The position numbers and the translations under genes are program-made. Of a stretch of 64,000 bases of DNA, positions 54,411 to 64,000 are shown piece after piece (position 1 is the stretch's first letter; each line of letters starts with the position of its first letter). This stretch comes from an uncultured Planctomycetota bacterium (GTDB taxonomy: Bacteria; Planctomycetota; Planctomycetia; Isosphaerales; Isosphaeraceae), in assembly GCA_963823665.1 (NCBI GenBank), contig CAWGMQ010000004.1:2048001-2112000 (forward strand), given 5' to 3'. The notes below the pieces were generated by a model that saw only the letters and a program-made list of their open reading frames with translations, was not told the DNA's origin and made no database searches.

Positions 54411-55529
54411 ATGCCACCCGTGCACGGTCGGTTCTTGTTTCTTGCATTGGTTTTGACAACCGCGGCCGTCGGATGTGCTCGGCAACCCGAGCTTCCCTAC
54501 GTCGACAGCAAGGAGGTTCAGAAGCTCAAACCCGAAATGAAAGAGAAGGTTCATGCGTTTCTCGCCCGGTATTGTGGTACGCCACAGGCGCCCAAGCTGC
54601 TCGGGAATGACCAGGTTTCTCCGGCCCATCTGAAACGTGGCGCAGAAGTCTATTCACGCTATTGCATCCAGTGCCACGGCAACACGGGCGACGGGAACGG
54701 GGTCGCGGCGGCCTACATGGTTCCCAAGCCGCGAGATTACCGGCCCGGCATCTTCAAGTTCACGTCCACGATCTACGGAGCCAAGCCGCTTCGAGAAGAC
54801 TTGCTCCGGACTGTGAGGCGAGGAATCCGCGGAACTTCGATGCCGTCGTTCAGCTTGCTGCAGCCGGATGACCAGGAAGCCGTCATCGACTACGTTTTGA
54901 CGCTCACTCATCGCGGCGAGCTCGAAGCGCAGTTGGCGGAAGAGGCTGTCTTCAATGAAGCCATCGAACAGGCGCGAGTTCCCGAAATGGTCACAGCCAT
55001 TCTTACTCGCTGGAATCAGGCGAAGGGCCAGGTTGTCTACCCGTCGTCGCCCATGCCTGAATTCACAGCAGCCGTCATCGACAAGGGGAAGAAAGCATTC
55101 TTGACGGTTGGCTGCGCCCAATGTCACGGCGAAGATGGACGTGGTCAGCTTTTGACCAATAAAGCGATGAACGACTCGTGGGGCAACTTCACCAAGGCCG
55201 CTGATTTGACCTCCGGAATGTTGCACGGCGGGACACAGCCGCTGGACATTTTTCGACATGTCGACGCGGGCATCAACGGAACCCCGATGCCGTCGTTCCA
55301 CTCGGCGCTTCAGAAGGAACCCGAAACGATCTGGAATCTCGTCGGATATGTGCTCGAGATCGCCGACAGCCGGCGAAAGGGAAGAATCTTCGATTCCGGG
55401 CTGCTTGAAGACGGCATCTTGCAGCCGCTGCCTGGCGTGAAACCGGCCGCGGCCGCGAAGATTCCGAACGTTTCAATCAAAGATCGCCAGTCGTCGGACA
55501 AAACACGAGAAACACTGACGCAACGGTAG
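54411..55529 (+). CDS. Diheme c-type cytochrome lipoprotein
   Basis: Lipobox AVGC; CIQCHG...PKPRDY...GTSMPSF; CAQCHG...GTPMPSF. Confidence 0.88.
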   Translation: MPPVHGRFLFLALVLTTAAVGCARQPELPYVDSKEVQKLKPEMKEKVHAFLARYCGTPQAPKLLGNDQVSPAHLKRGAEVYSRYCIQCHGNTGDGNGVAAAYMVPKPRDYRPGIFKFTSTIYGAKPLREDLLRTVRRGIRGTSMPSFSLLQPDDQEAVIDYVLTLTHRGELEAQLAEEAVFNEAIEQARVPEMVTAILTRWNQAKGQVVYPSSPMPEFTAAVIDKGKKAFLTVGCAQCHGEDGRGQLLTNKAMNDSWGNFTKAADLTSGMLHGGTQPLDIFRHVDAGINGTPMPSFHSALQKEPETIWNLVGYVLEIADSRRKGRIFDSGLLEDGILQPLPGVKPAAAAKIPNVSIKDRQSSDKTRETLTQR

Positions 55530-55534
55530 ATGGA

Positions 55535-55558
55535 CGTCAGGCTGAAAGCCTGACCTAC
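55535..55558. repeat. GTAG-type REP hairpin (third copy)
   Basis: CGTCAGGCTGAAAGCCTGACCTAC, same family as 6820-6897. Confidence 0.8.
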
Positions 55559-55562
55559 TTTA

Positions 55563-56255
55563 ATGGACAGCGAGGCCAAACAACGGGAGCTGGAACGACT
55601 TCGGTCTCAGGCGCAGCAGCTTGAGGCTGAAATCACCAAGGAGCAAGCCGAAAAGGGCTGGCGGCCGTCCGGGTACTACACTGCTTATTACGCCACGGCC
55701 GGCTTCGTGCTTGGAATCTTTGGCGCGATGACGAGCCTGCTGTTCAACGTGATCGGCGCCCCGGTCGCCGGCAAGACACCGCTCGAGCTGATCCGGGTTT
55801 ACTTGACCTTTCCTCTCGGCGAACGCGCTCTCGAGTTAAGTAGCGCCGGCCCAGGAGGCTACGCCGTCGGCGATGGAGTCATCCTGGCGATTGGCTGCTG
55901 TTTGTACCTGGGGACCGGGATGCTGCTGGGAATTCCGGTCTACCTGGCGCTCACCTGGTTTGCCGCCAAGGGGGGCCTGATCGTACGGCTTGTGGTGGCG
56001 AGTGTTGTCTCCCTGGCGATCTGGGCATTCAACTTTTATGCGGTGTTGTCGTGGTTACAGCCGCTCCTGGTCGGCGGTGACCCTGGCAACTGGATCACCA
56101 ATCCCAGGTTTCTTCCATGGTGGGTCGCCGCGGGGACGCACCTGGTTTTTGGCTGGACAATCGCTTTGCTTTACTCCTGGGGTGCTTACACTCCTTATCG
56201 AATGGCAAAAGAGAGAGGAACCGACTTTGGAGAAGGAACTGCCACGCCACGATGA
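55563..56255 (+). CDS. Hypothetical 4-TM membrane protein in the cbb3 cluster
   Basis: N-terminal coiled coil, four hydrophobic helices, THLVFGW. Confidence 0.75.
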   Translation: MDSEAKQRELERLRSQAQQLEAEITKEQAEKGWRPSGYYTAYYATAGFVLGIFGAMTSLLFNVIGAPVAGKTPLELIRVYLTFPLGERALELSSAGPGGYAVGDGVILAIGCCLYLGTGMLLGIPVYLALTWFAAKGGLIVRLVVASVVSLAIWAFNFYAVLSWLQPLLVGGDPGNWITNPRFLPWWVAAGTHLVFGWTIALLYSWGAYTPYRMAKERGTDFGEGTATPR

Positions 56256-57609
56256 GCTGGTCGATGAACGACTCGTTCTGTGGTACTTCGTCGCTGCTCT
56301 CACCTTCATGTTCGCCTCCATGCTGGGCGGAATGTTGATGGGTTTGCAGCTCTCGCGCATGAATCCGTTCAAGGGAGTCGAATTGCTGTCGCCCGGACGA
56401 TGGCGCATGATCCATACGAATGCAATCGCCTATGGGTTCCTGGCGAATGCATTCCTGGGCGTCTTGCACTGGGCTGTTCCTCGGCTCACCTTGAAGCCCG
56501 TATTCCGCTCCTGGCTGTCGTACGCGATCTTCTTCGCGTGGCAGTTTGTCGTGGTTGCGACAGCCGTGGGAATTCTCCTGGGAGAAGCGCAGGGGCTCGA
56601 ATGGGGCGAGACTCCTGTGTGGATCGACCCGATTGCACTCTTCGGACTTTTCCTCGTCGCGGTTAACTTTGTGGCTCCCATTGCACGGACGTCGGGGCCG
56701 CTTTACGTGTCGCTCTGGTATTTCCTGGCCGCGTTCGTCTGGACATTCCTGACCTATGCGATGGGCAACTTCATTCCGGAATACTTTGTGGCGGGAACAA
56801 GCGCCGGGGCGGTCGGCGGGCTTTTCATTCACGACCTGGTCGGCTTGTTTGTGACTCCGCTGGGCTGGGGCATGGTGTACTACTTCGTGCCGATCATGCT
56901 CAAGAAGCCGATCTGGAGCCATGGGCTGTCGCTGGTCGGCTTCTGGGGCCTGGCGTTCTTCTACCCTTTGACCGGCATCCACCACTTCCTCTACACGCCG
57001 ATTCCGATGTTCTTGCAGTATGGTGCCGTCATCTCGACGATCGCGGTCGAGCTGGTGGTCACAACGGTGATCATCAATTTCTTCGCGACGATTCGCGGAT
57101 CGACGGGCGCTCTGACGACCAATCTGCCGATTCGCTGGCTCTACACGGGCATGGTGTTCTACTTCCTGACCTGCTTGCAGTGCTCGTTCCAGACGACGCT
57201 CACGTTCCAGGCGCTGATTCACTTCACCGACTGGGTGGTGGGCCACGCCCACATGGTGATGTTCGGCGTCTTTGCGATGTGGCTGCTGGGCGTGATGACG
57301 TACCTGATTCCTCGATTGCTCAAGACACCATGGTACAGCCAGCAGCTCCTCGAGTGGCATTACTGGCTCTCGACGATCGGCATCCTGGTGATGTCGTTCG
57401 ACCTGATCGTTCTGGGAGTTTTCCAGGGGCTGTCTTGGTCGTCGCTGTTGCCCTGGGATGCCTCGCTTGATCTCTCGTTCCCCTTCTGGGCCGTGCGCCT
57501 GGTGGCGGGGCTGCTCATGTTCCTGGGGTTACTCGTCTTCGCGTTCAACATCGCGAGAACCGTGTCTTTAGCCAGGGTTGCGCGACGTCAGCTCGTCGTT
57601 GCCGGGTAA
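56227..57609 (+). CDS. ccoN: cbb3-type cytochrome c oxidase subunit I
   Basis: RWRMIHTN, IHDLVG, FYPLTGIHH and HFTDWVVGHAH; TTG start at 56227 after GAGAGGA (inferred). Confidence 0.9.
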   Translation: MEKELPRHDELVDERLVLWYFVAALTFMFASMLGGMLMGLQLSRMNPFKGVELLSPGRWRMIHTNAIAYGFLANAFLGVLHWAVPRLTLKPVFRSWLSYAIFFAWQFVVVATAVGILLGEAQGLEWGETPVWIDPIALFGLFLVAVNFVAPIARTSGPLYVSLWYFLAAFVWTFLTYAMGNFIPEYFVAGTSAGAVGGLFIHDLVGLFVTPLGWGMVYYFVPIMLKKPIWSHGLSLVGFWGLAFFYPLTGIHHFLYTPIPMFLQYGAVISTIAVELVVTTVIINFFATIRGSTGALTTNLPIRWLYTGMVFYFLTCLQCSFQTTLTFQALIHFTDWVVGHAHMVMFGVFAMWLLGVMTYLIPRLLKTPWYSQQLLEWHYWLSTIGILVMSFDLIVLGVFQGLSWSSLLPWDASLDLSFPFWAVRLVAGLLMFLGLLVFAFNIARTVSLARVARRQLVVAG

Positions 57610-57624
57610 AGGTGAATTCCAAAC

Positions 57625-58332
57625 ATGCTTGAAACCAAAACGGGGGTTTTCTTCATCGCCGGCCTCGGTTTCTTCGCGGTGGCGTTTCTCTCGAACGCGG
57701 TCCTGCCGATCATGATGTACCGTCACCTGCCCGAGCAGAGCGTCGAGCAGATGCTCGAGCACAACGGGAACCTGCGCTACCAGTTCGAAGACCTGGCACG
57801 TCGGTTTCCCGATAGTTTCACCGCGGCCTATGGCCGGCCGCCCCAGGAAACGGCCGCGCGTGAGAAATGGTTGAACGAAAGTTGTGTCAAGGCTCTCAGA
57901 TACGGCCGCAAGATCTACGTCGGCGAGGGCTGCTGGCATTGCCACAGCCAGTTCGTGCGCCCGGTTTCCAATGAAGGGCGGCGCTGGGGGCCGGTCTCGA
58001 AGACGGAGGAATATCAGAACGAGCTGCAACGGCCGGTGATGTTCGGAACCAGGCGGGTCGGGCCCGACTTGAGCCGCGAGGGAGGCCGGCGATCGAATGA
58101 CTGGCACGCCGTGCATTTCTTTCAGCCTGGCATGCTCTCGGAGAAATCGCCGATGCCCGAATACCCCTGGTTCTTCGATGGATCACCCCAGAAACCCAAC
58201 GAACGAGGCCTCGCGCTCATCACTTACGTTCAGTGGCTGGGTTCGTGGCTGGAAAGCTATCCGTACTACGAAGATTACGAGCGATCGCCCGTCGCGACGA
58301 CCGAAGCTTCGCAGAAGGGGGAGACTCCATGA
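57625..58332 (+). CDS. ccoO: cbb3-type cytochrome c oxidase subunit II
   Basis: EGCWHCHSQFVRP, GTRRVGPDL and SPMPEY. Confidence 0.92.
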   Translation: MLETKTGVFFIAGLGFFAVAFLSNAVLPIMMYRHLPEQSVEQMLEHNGNLRYQFEDLARRFPDSFTAAYGRPPQETAAREKWLNESCVKALRYGRKIYVGEGCWHCHSQFVRPVSNEGRRWGPVSKTEEYQNELQRPVMFGTRRVGPDLSREGGRRSNDWHAVHFFQPGMLSEKSPMPEYPWFFDGSPQKPNERGLALITYVQWLGSWLESYPYYEDYERSPVATTEASQKGETP

Positions 58333-58658
58333 GCGAGAAGCCGAACCGCCGCGGATCGACCCGTCGATCGCAGGTCATCACCACGATCGTCTTCGCACTC
58401 GCGATCCTGATTCCCAGCTTCGTCGGTTTCGCCAATAAGTTCCGAGAGTTCATCCTGATCTTTCGGGGCGATGTTGACGGTGTCTTCGCCATCACGCCGA
58501 TCGTGAATTACCTGCTGGCGAGCCTGGGGTTCTTTTTTCTGTTCTGCTGGGCGATCGGCCACGGGATGTTTCGCGACATCGAGCGTCCCAAGTACACAAT
58601 GCTCGACAACGAGCGGAAGCTCGACCTGGCCGACGGCGAAGACATGGGGTGGTATTGA
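58329..58658 (+). CDS. CcoS-like oxidase assembly protein with an extra N-terminal TM
   Basis: FCWAIGHGMFRDIERPKYTML resembles the CcoS WA...G.F.D.E motif. Confidence 0.6.
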   Translation: MSEKPNRRGSTRRSQVITTIVFALAILIPSFVGFANKFREFILIFRGDVDGVFAITPIVNYLLASLGFFFLFCWAIGHGMFRDIERPKYTMLDNERKLDLADGEDMGWY

Positions 58659-58720
58659 CCAACAGAACTGCGTGGGGCCAGGGTCCTGATGCGACACAAC
58701 GGGAGGCGAATCGACCGGTC

Positions 58721-58900
58721 ATGGCCGAAGTCGTTGAGAACAAGACTGCCGAAGAAGAGAGCACGTTTCATAGCTACACCGGTAATGCAATACCTTGGTT
58801 CGTTCGCGCGATCTGGATCATTTTCTGGTGCGGCGCGATCGCCTACGTGGTGACCTGGCTGCTGCCGGCGCTCCAGTCCGAGCTACTCAAACCGCCATGA
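58721..58900 (+). CDS. Small single-TM protein
   Basis: MAEVVENK...GNAIPWFVRAIWIIFW; stop overlaps the ATPase start. Confidence 0.65.
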   Translation: MAEVVENKTAEEESTFHSYTGNAIPWFVRAIWIIFWCGAIAYVVTWLLPALQSELLKPP

Positions 58901-61158
58901 CCAGCCCCCTGCCCCGCCAGCAGATCTGCGATTACTGCATGCTTCCGCTGCGCTACTCCTGGCGGCGACGCGATCCTCTTGCAAACACGGCCCCTAGCCC
59001 GCTTTACTGCTGCCTGGGATGCCGCGTTGCAGCGGCGATCGTCGAGGAAAAAGGTGAGCATGGTGTGCCCAGAACCATGCTCATGCGCCTGGGGCTTTCG
59101 ATCTTTTTCACGATGAACGTCATGGCGTTCACGATGGCGCTGTGGACCACGGATGTGTACGGCCGGGCCGATCTGCCCGGTCAGCTTTCGGCGGGCCTCT
59201 ACGGACTTTTCCGTTATCTTGTGCTGCTCTTCTCGCTTCCGGTCTTCCTGCTTCTCGGTCTGCCGCTTTTCGAGCATGCGTGGAGCAACCTGCGCCGCGG
59301 TGTTTTCTCGACTGACTGGCTGCTGGCCTCGGGCGTCGCGGCGGCATTTACGTTCTCGTTCCTGTCAGTCCTCTCGGGGCGCGGCGCAATTTACTTCGAA
59401 GTCGGCTGCTTCATCCTGGTGATGACGACGCTGGGCCGGTGGCTCGAGGCAACAGGCAAGCTCAAGGCAAACGCGGCGCTCGATGCAATCGCCAGGCTGC
59501 TGCCGCCACAAGTTCGACTCATCAGGAACGGCGTCGAGGAGCCGATTCCGCTGGAACAGGTTCAGATCGGTGATCTTCTCCGCGTGTTGCCCGGCGAGCG
59601 CTTTCCCGCCGATGGCTCCCTTGTCGGTCAGAGAGGTTTCGTCGATGAGCAAGTGCTTACCGGCGAGAGCCGGCCTGTTCTCAAGGAACCCGGTGATCAC
59701 ATCCTGGGAGGTGCGCTCAACCTCGACGGCGATGTCAGGCTAAGCGTGAGGGAAACGCCTGGAAAAGGAACTCTTGCACGCATCCTGGAGCTGGTTCGCC
59801 AGGCGCGAGAATCCAAAGGGCGTTATCAGCGGCTTGCCGATCACGTTGCGAGCTGGTTTGTTCCGATCGTCGCCGTCGTTGTCATCGTTACATTCGGCGC
59901 CCACTGGGCGCTTGGTTCTCTGGAGCGCGGCTTCTGGTCGGCTCTGACCGTTGCCCTGATTGCCTGTCCGTGCGCGCTGGGACTGGCTGCACCACTGGCA
60001 ATCTGGAGTGCCCTTGCCAATGCGGCCGGGCACGGAGTCTTGTTCCGCGGCGGAGAGGCGCTCGAGCGGTTGGCTGAGATCACCGCAATTCGATTCGACA
60101 AAACTGGAACGCTCACGACCGGCTCAGCCGCCGTCTCTCATTTTGTCGAGGAGAGCCTTGATTCTCCCGACACGATACTGGCCAGGGCGGCCGCTCTCGC
60201 GTCCGTTTCGATTCATTCGATGTCGGCCGCCATCGGCGAGTTCGCTGCATCGCACTCGCTCGCGATGAGCGGCGAAGTCTCGGACATTCGTGTCCAGCCG
60301 GGCCTGGGTGTGAGCGGGATACTCTCCCCTGCCGGCGTGCCGATCGTGCTGGGTAGCCGGCGATTCATACTCGAGCAGAAACTCACGATCGGACCGCTGC
60401 TCGCGACCGAAATCGAAGACGCCGAGTCGCGGGGACTGCCGATCGTCTTGATCGGCTGGGGCGCTCGGGCCCGCGGTCTCTTTGTCTTTGAGGAAGAGTG
60501 GCGCCCCGGGGCGGTTGCCGTTCTCCGGCAGCTCGCGCTGGAAAAACTCGATGTAGGGGTGTTGACTGGAGACCATGCCGGGCGAGCACGGGCTATCGAG
60601 AAGCAGCTCGGTGTGAAAGTAGAAGGCGAGCTTCTGCCCGCGCAGAAGGTTGCGGCCATCGAGCAGGCCAAGAAGGCGATTGGCCCGGTATGCATGGTCG
60701 GCGACGGCATCAACGATTCGCCGGCGCTTGCTACAAGCGATGTCGGCATCGCACTGGGCTGTGGCACCGACGTTTCGCGAGACGCGGCTTCAGTGTGTCT
60801 GATCGGCGACGATTTGAGCCGGATTCCCTGGTGCATCGAGCTGGCCCGGCGCACGCGACGTGTTATTCGATGGAACCTGCTCTGGGCGTTCGGGTACAAC
60901 AGCGTGGGGGTTGTCTGCGCAGCCTGCGGCATCCTCAACCCGGCGCTTGCTGCATTCTTGATGGTGGCCAGCAGCGCCCTGGTGACCATCAACTCGCTAC
61001 GGCTGGGTCGTTCGTTTGAGGTCGAGCTGCCTGAGCGGGGTAACGCGCCCGCGCTACGACATGATCTCGCAGATTCAGAGACGCCGATCTGGACCGACCA
61101 GCCGATCGGATGTCAATCCCCGGCGGAGCAGCTCCCAGCCCTGGAGATCGCGCAGTAA
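58897..61158 (+). CDS. P1B-type heavy-metal (Cu) ATPase, CcoI/FixI-like
   Basis: CDYC...YCCLGC, TGES, CPCALG, DKTGTLT, GDGIND and YN. Confidence 0.92.
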   Translation: MTSPLPRQQICDYCMLPLRYSWRRRDPLANTAPSPLYCCLGCRVAAAIVEEKGEHGVPRTMLMRLGLSIFFTMNVMAFTMALWTTDVYGRADLPGQLSAGLYGLFRYLVLLFSLPVFLLLGLPLFEHAWSNLRRGVFSTDWLLASGVAAAFTFSFLSVLSGRGAIYFEVGCFILVMTTLGRWLEATGKLKANAALDAIARLLPPQVRLIRNGVEEPIPLEQVQIGDLLRVLPGERFPADGSLVGQRGFVDEQVLTGESRPVLKEPGDHILGGALNLDGDVRLSVRETPGKGTLARILELVRQARESKGRYQRLADHVASWFVPIVAVVVIVTFGAHWALGSLERGFWSALTVALIACPCALGLAAPLAIWSALANAAGHGVLFRGGEALERLAEITAIRFDKTGTLTTGSAAVSHFVEESLDSPDTILARAAALASVSIHSMSAAIGEFAASHSLAMSGEVSDIRVQPGLGVSGILSPAGVPIVLGSRRFILEQKLTIGPLLATEIEDAESRGLPIVLIGWGARARGLFVFEEEWRPGAVAVLRQLALEKLDVGVLTGDHAGRARAIEKQLGVKVEGELLPAQKVAAIEQAKKAIGPVCMVGDGINDSPALATSDVGIALGCGTDVSRDAASVCLIGDDLSRIPWCIELARRTRRVIRWNLLWAFGYNSVGVVCAACGILNPALAAFLMVASSALVTINSLRLGRSFEVELPERGNAPALRHDLADSETPIWTDQPIGCQSPAEQLPALEIAQ

Positions 61159-61877
61159 TGATCGAGCTGCCGCTGGTTTTTCTTGGTGGTTTGCTCGGCT
61201 CGGCGCATTGCGTGGGCATGTGCGGGGGCTTTGCCGTGAGCATCGGGCTGGGCGCGCGCAGTTTGACTGCCAACCTTTGGCGGCAAGTGATTTACACCGC
61301 GGGGCGAATCTTCACGTACTCATTCTTCGGCGTTGTCGCCGGGTATACAGGCTTCTGGCTCGCAGGTCGAGCGAGTCTGTGGATCAATGCGCAGGCAACT
61401 CTCTCGCTGGTTGCGGGCGCGCTGCTGGCAGGGCAAGGGCTCCTGGCTCTCGGAGTCGTGCCACGCCGGTTGTGGCCTGGCTCCTCAGGAGGGGGAGTGC
61501 CGTGCCTGGCCGGGACGTTCGTCGGGCCGTTCCTTACCTCGCCGCGGCTGGCGAATGTACTTCTTGCGGGCGTGCTCACCGGTTTCCTGCCGTGTGGGCT
61601 GGTCTACGGCTACCTCGCCCTGGCAAGTAGCTCGGCCAACATCCGCGACGGGTTGCTCACGATGTGCCTCTTCGGCGCGGGGACCGGGCCGCTCATGATC
61701 CTCGCCGGCACTGGCGCCTCCCTGTTGTCGCATGGCGCACGGCGAAACCTGCTGCGAGTTTCGGCCGTGTGCGTTGCCCTCACCGGGTTGATCTCGATCG
61801 TTCGCGGAATTCTGTTCATCCAGCTCACGCCGGCGCCCGAAGCCGTTCGCTGCCTGTTCTGCGGTCCGTCGAGCTGA
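61158..61877 (+). CDS. DsbD_2/TauE-SafE-like membrane protein (cbb3 assembly)
   Basis: HCVGMCGG, GRIFTY, GFLPCGLVY and FGAGT. Confidence 0.88.
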   Translation: MIELPLVFLGGLLGSAHCVGMCGGFAVSIGLGARSLTANLWRQVIYTAGRIFTYSFFGVVAGYTGFWLAGRASLWINAQATLSLVAGALLAGQGLLALGVVPRRLWPGSSGGGVPCLAGTFVGPFLTSPRLANVLLAGVLTGFLPCGLVYGYLALASSSANIRDGLLTMCLFGAGTGPLMILAGTGASLLSHGARRNLLRVSAVCVALTGLISIVRGILFIQLTPAPEAVRCLFCGPSS

Positions 61878-61899
61878 GACCGAAGCCCGGTCGCGGCGA

Positions 61900-62365
61900 C
61901 GGCTCGAGCGTCATCGGGTATCTTTCAGGCAGCAGAGAATCCTGGTTGCCACTCGTTCTCGAAGGAGTCGATTTTGAGCTGCCTGCGGGCACTTTCTTCG
62001 ACTGCGCGCCGATTCACCTGATCACAACCGCGACGCTCGAGCGTCTGGCTGCAATCGCCCCGAACCCCCGCTTTGACGTCGCACGCTTTCGCCCGAATTT
62101 CGTGATCGACTGCCCCGATTCACCGGCAGGATTCATCGAGAACGACTGGGTCGGTCGAACTCTTTCGATCGGGGACGAGGTTCGTATGCACGTTATCCGT
62201 CCGGCGGCGCGTTGCGTCATGACCACGCTGAGGCAGGGAGATCTTCCCAAAGACCCCGATGTTCTTCGCACGCTCGTACAGAACAATCAAGGGAATGTGG
62301 GCGTTTACGCAACGGTGGCGCTCGGTAAAACGGTGCGGCGAGGAGATGGGGTTATGGTGACGTGA
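61900..62365 (+). pseudogene. MOSC domain protein, N-terminal half missing
   Basis: FFDCAPIHLITTATL, RFRPNFVI, RCVMTT and GVYA; no convincing start codon. Confidence 0.7.
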
Positions 62366-62374
62366 ATCGTGCGG

Positions 62375-62835
62375 TCACGGCGTGATCGCGTTCCAGTGCC
62401 GAGCGTCGAGATGATAACGAGAAATGTGCTTTGCGTTGTACGTTGCCATGGTCAGCGAATCGTTCAGCCCAGCGAAATTCTGAGCTTGCGCGGCCAAGAT
62501 CACGTCGGCGTCGATCTCTTTGTCATCTGCCGTAGCGAATCCCTTTTTCCGAGCCTCGGCCCACAGATCGGCCGCCTGTCGCATGGCGGCTGTCGAAATC
62601 GGTATATAATGTCCGAGCTGCTCGCGTAGCTTATCGAGTCGCTCGACGCCGTCGGTTGCCCCTCCCAAAATTAATCCGCGACGAACTTCATAGTCAGCGA
62701 TCTCAGGTATGGCCACGATCGCCCATTCGCCTTGGCTTGAATATGCCAGAGAGTCAGGCGTTTCACATCCGGACTGTTTTGTCGCCGGCAGGCATCGCCC
62801 AGCGGTCCGGAATCCAGAACGATGATCCGCGCCAT
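62375..62835 (-). CDS. PIN-domain (VapC-like) nuclease, frameshift near 62722
   Basis: MARIIVLDSGPLG (hand-translated from 62835), PEIADYEVRR, DADVILAAQA and ATYNAKH. Confidence 0.8.
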
Positions 62836-62837
62836 CC

Positions 62838-63227
62838 TCAGTGCCTTTGTTTGATAGCAGCCACCGCCTCGTCAGTGGCTCCAGGGCGCTCGCGGTCGGG
62901 AACATCCACGACCGCCAACACGGCTGGTAGATTCTTCACGAAGCGGGTCCAACTCGGCCTTGAGTAAACCCCGCCAAAATGCTTGCCGGTCGGTTGAAAT
63001 TCTGCCGTGTCAATATCTTCGCTATATTTGAACAATTTATAGTTTAGCGGATTTGAAATCGACGCGCATAGGACCTGTTCCGGCTGTTTTTCGCCTTCGG
63101 GCCAGGTGTCGTAATTCGAAGGCACATCAAGCCCAACGCCCTCCTGAACTTGCCAGCCCTCTCCCTGTGGTTGGTCTGATACGAAGAAAATAGCAACGAG
63201 TGGTTCAATCGTCACGGCGTACATCAT
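62838..63227 (-). CDS. Hypothetical lower-GC protein directly upstream of the PIN gene
   Basis: AGGAG RBS; stop lies 2 nt before the PIN ATG. Confidence 0.55.
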   Translation of the reverse strand: MMYAVTIEPLVAIFFVSDQPQGEGWQVQEGVGLDVPSNYDTWPEGEKQPEQVLCASISNPLNYKLFKYSEDIDTAEFQPTGKHFGGVYSRPSWTRFVKNLPAVLAVVDVPDRERPGATDEAVAAIKQRH

Positions 63228-63399
63228 GATTCGGACTCCTCGTGGCAAATACTATCGACATCTGATCGTCGACGCTCGATTCTAGCATTTGTCCACCGAG
63301 CCGGTCATTGGCTCTTGCGGATTGCTGTGGTTTGCGTCAGGTTTAGATCGAAGTGCTGTCGTCGAGTCTCAGTTCCGGCCAAGGTCAGATTGTTTAGCT

Positions 63400-64000
63400 A
63401 TGCAGACTAAAGCGATGAACTGCTTGTTGTGGATTGGCGTGCTAGTTGGGACAGCTTCTGCAAGCGCGATCGAGACGCGGACGATCGAGATACCCATTGG
63501 CAAGACGGGTGAGATTCAGGTGTCCGAAATTGTTTCTCGTCTCGCCAGGGCGAGCGGGGTTGTCCTGGACCTACCTGAGGCCGGGCTGACGTTATCGACT
63601 CAGGGGTTTGCGAGCGCACTCACCCGGACGTTGCTCTCCGAGGCGCTGGGGCCCGAGGTCACGATCTCGTTTCGACCCGGAACGATGGTCATCGCGATCG
63701 ATGAACGCATTCTAACCTCAGCCAGGCGCGGTGAGTGGCTGGGACGACTCCATAACCTCGGGGATCGTGCGGCCGAGGCGGTGCGCAAGCGGCAGGCTTA
63801 CGGAATGCACGCGCTCAAGTCTTTTCGGGCAAACGATCCTGGCCGGCCGACGGTCTGTCTGATCCATGGACTGAATTCGTCGTCCGGCGGGTTTGTCCAC
63901 GTGATCCCGTTGCTGGAAGAGGCGGGCTATGGAATCGTGGTGTACGATTACCCGTATAACCGCGGTCTGTTCGAGTCGTGCGCGATTTTCGCACAGGATT
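63400..64000 (+). CDS. Exported alpha/beta hydrolase (lipase/esterase-like), 3' end outside window
   Basis: Hand translation MQTKAMNCLLWIGVLVGTASASA...PTVCLIHGLNSS...GYGIVVYDYPY; open to the window end. Confidence 0.75.
   Translation, partial: MQTKAMNCLLWIGVLVGTASASAIETRTIEIPIGKTGEIQVSEIVSRLARASGVVLDLPEAGLTLSTQGFASALTRTLLSEALGPEVTISFRPGTMVIAIDERILTSARRGEWLGRLHNLGDRAAEAVRKRQAYGMHALKSFRANDPGRPTVCLIHGLNSSSGGFVHVIPLLEEAGYGIVVYDYPYNRGLFESCAIFAQD

Overview
A GC-rich bacterial chromosomal window, very likely from a planctomycete (Isosphaerales-like). This is inferred from the ECF sigma/Ser-Thr kinase pair, a giant kinase-WD40 protein, an 'LEGRQMLS' export motif and GTAG-type REP hairpins. Housekeeping and metabolic genes include pepA, valS, cobA/hemD, tatC, manA, a phosphosugar mutase, the futalosine genes mqnA and mqnC plus a deaminase, and a cbb3 oxidase cluster. 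tRNA-Ser(TGA) and tRNA-Leu(TAA) lie on the minus strand. More than 15 single-base frameshifts split ordinary genes, most simply explained as long-read indel errors. The most unusual structure is two 5'-truncated tRNA-Leu copies (26569-26638 and 33043-33111). They bracket a ~6.4 kb very GC-rich, integrase-free island (kinase-WD40-TPR gene plus a kinase/methyltransferase chimera) whose ends carry arm-type repeats and an IHF-like site. Both copies are inverted relative to the intact tRNA-Leu(TAA) at 6460-6542, which suggests att-mediated integration plus a large inversion. Other notable loci: a PspA operon with two paralogous polytopic membrane proteins; a YdeP-heptaheme cytochrome-ECF-kinase operon; a cbb3 cluster lacking ccoP; a menaquinone operon containing an ABC/CPBP exporter; three sigma-54-like promoters, one before an uncalled 50-aa membrane protein; and several toxin-antitoxin remnants. 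All family calls come from motif recognition; no database search was run.
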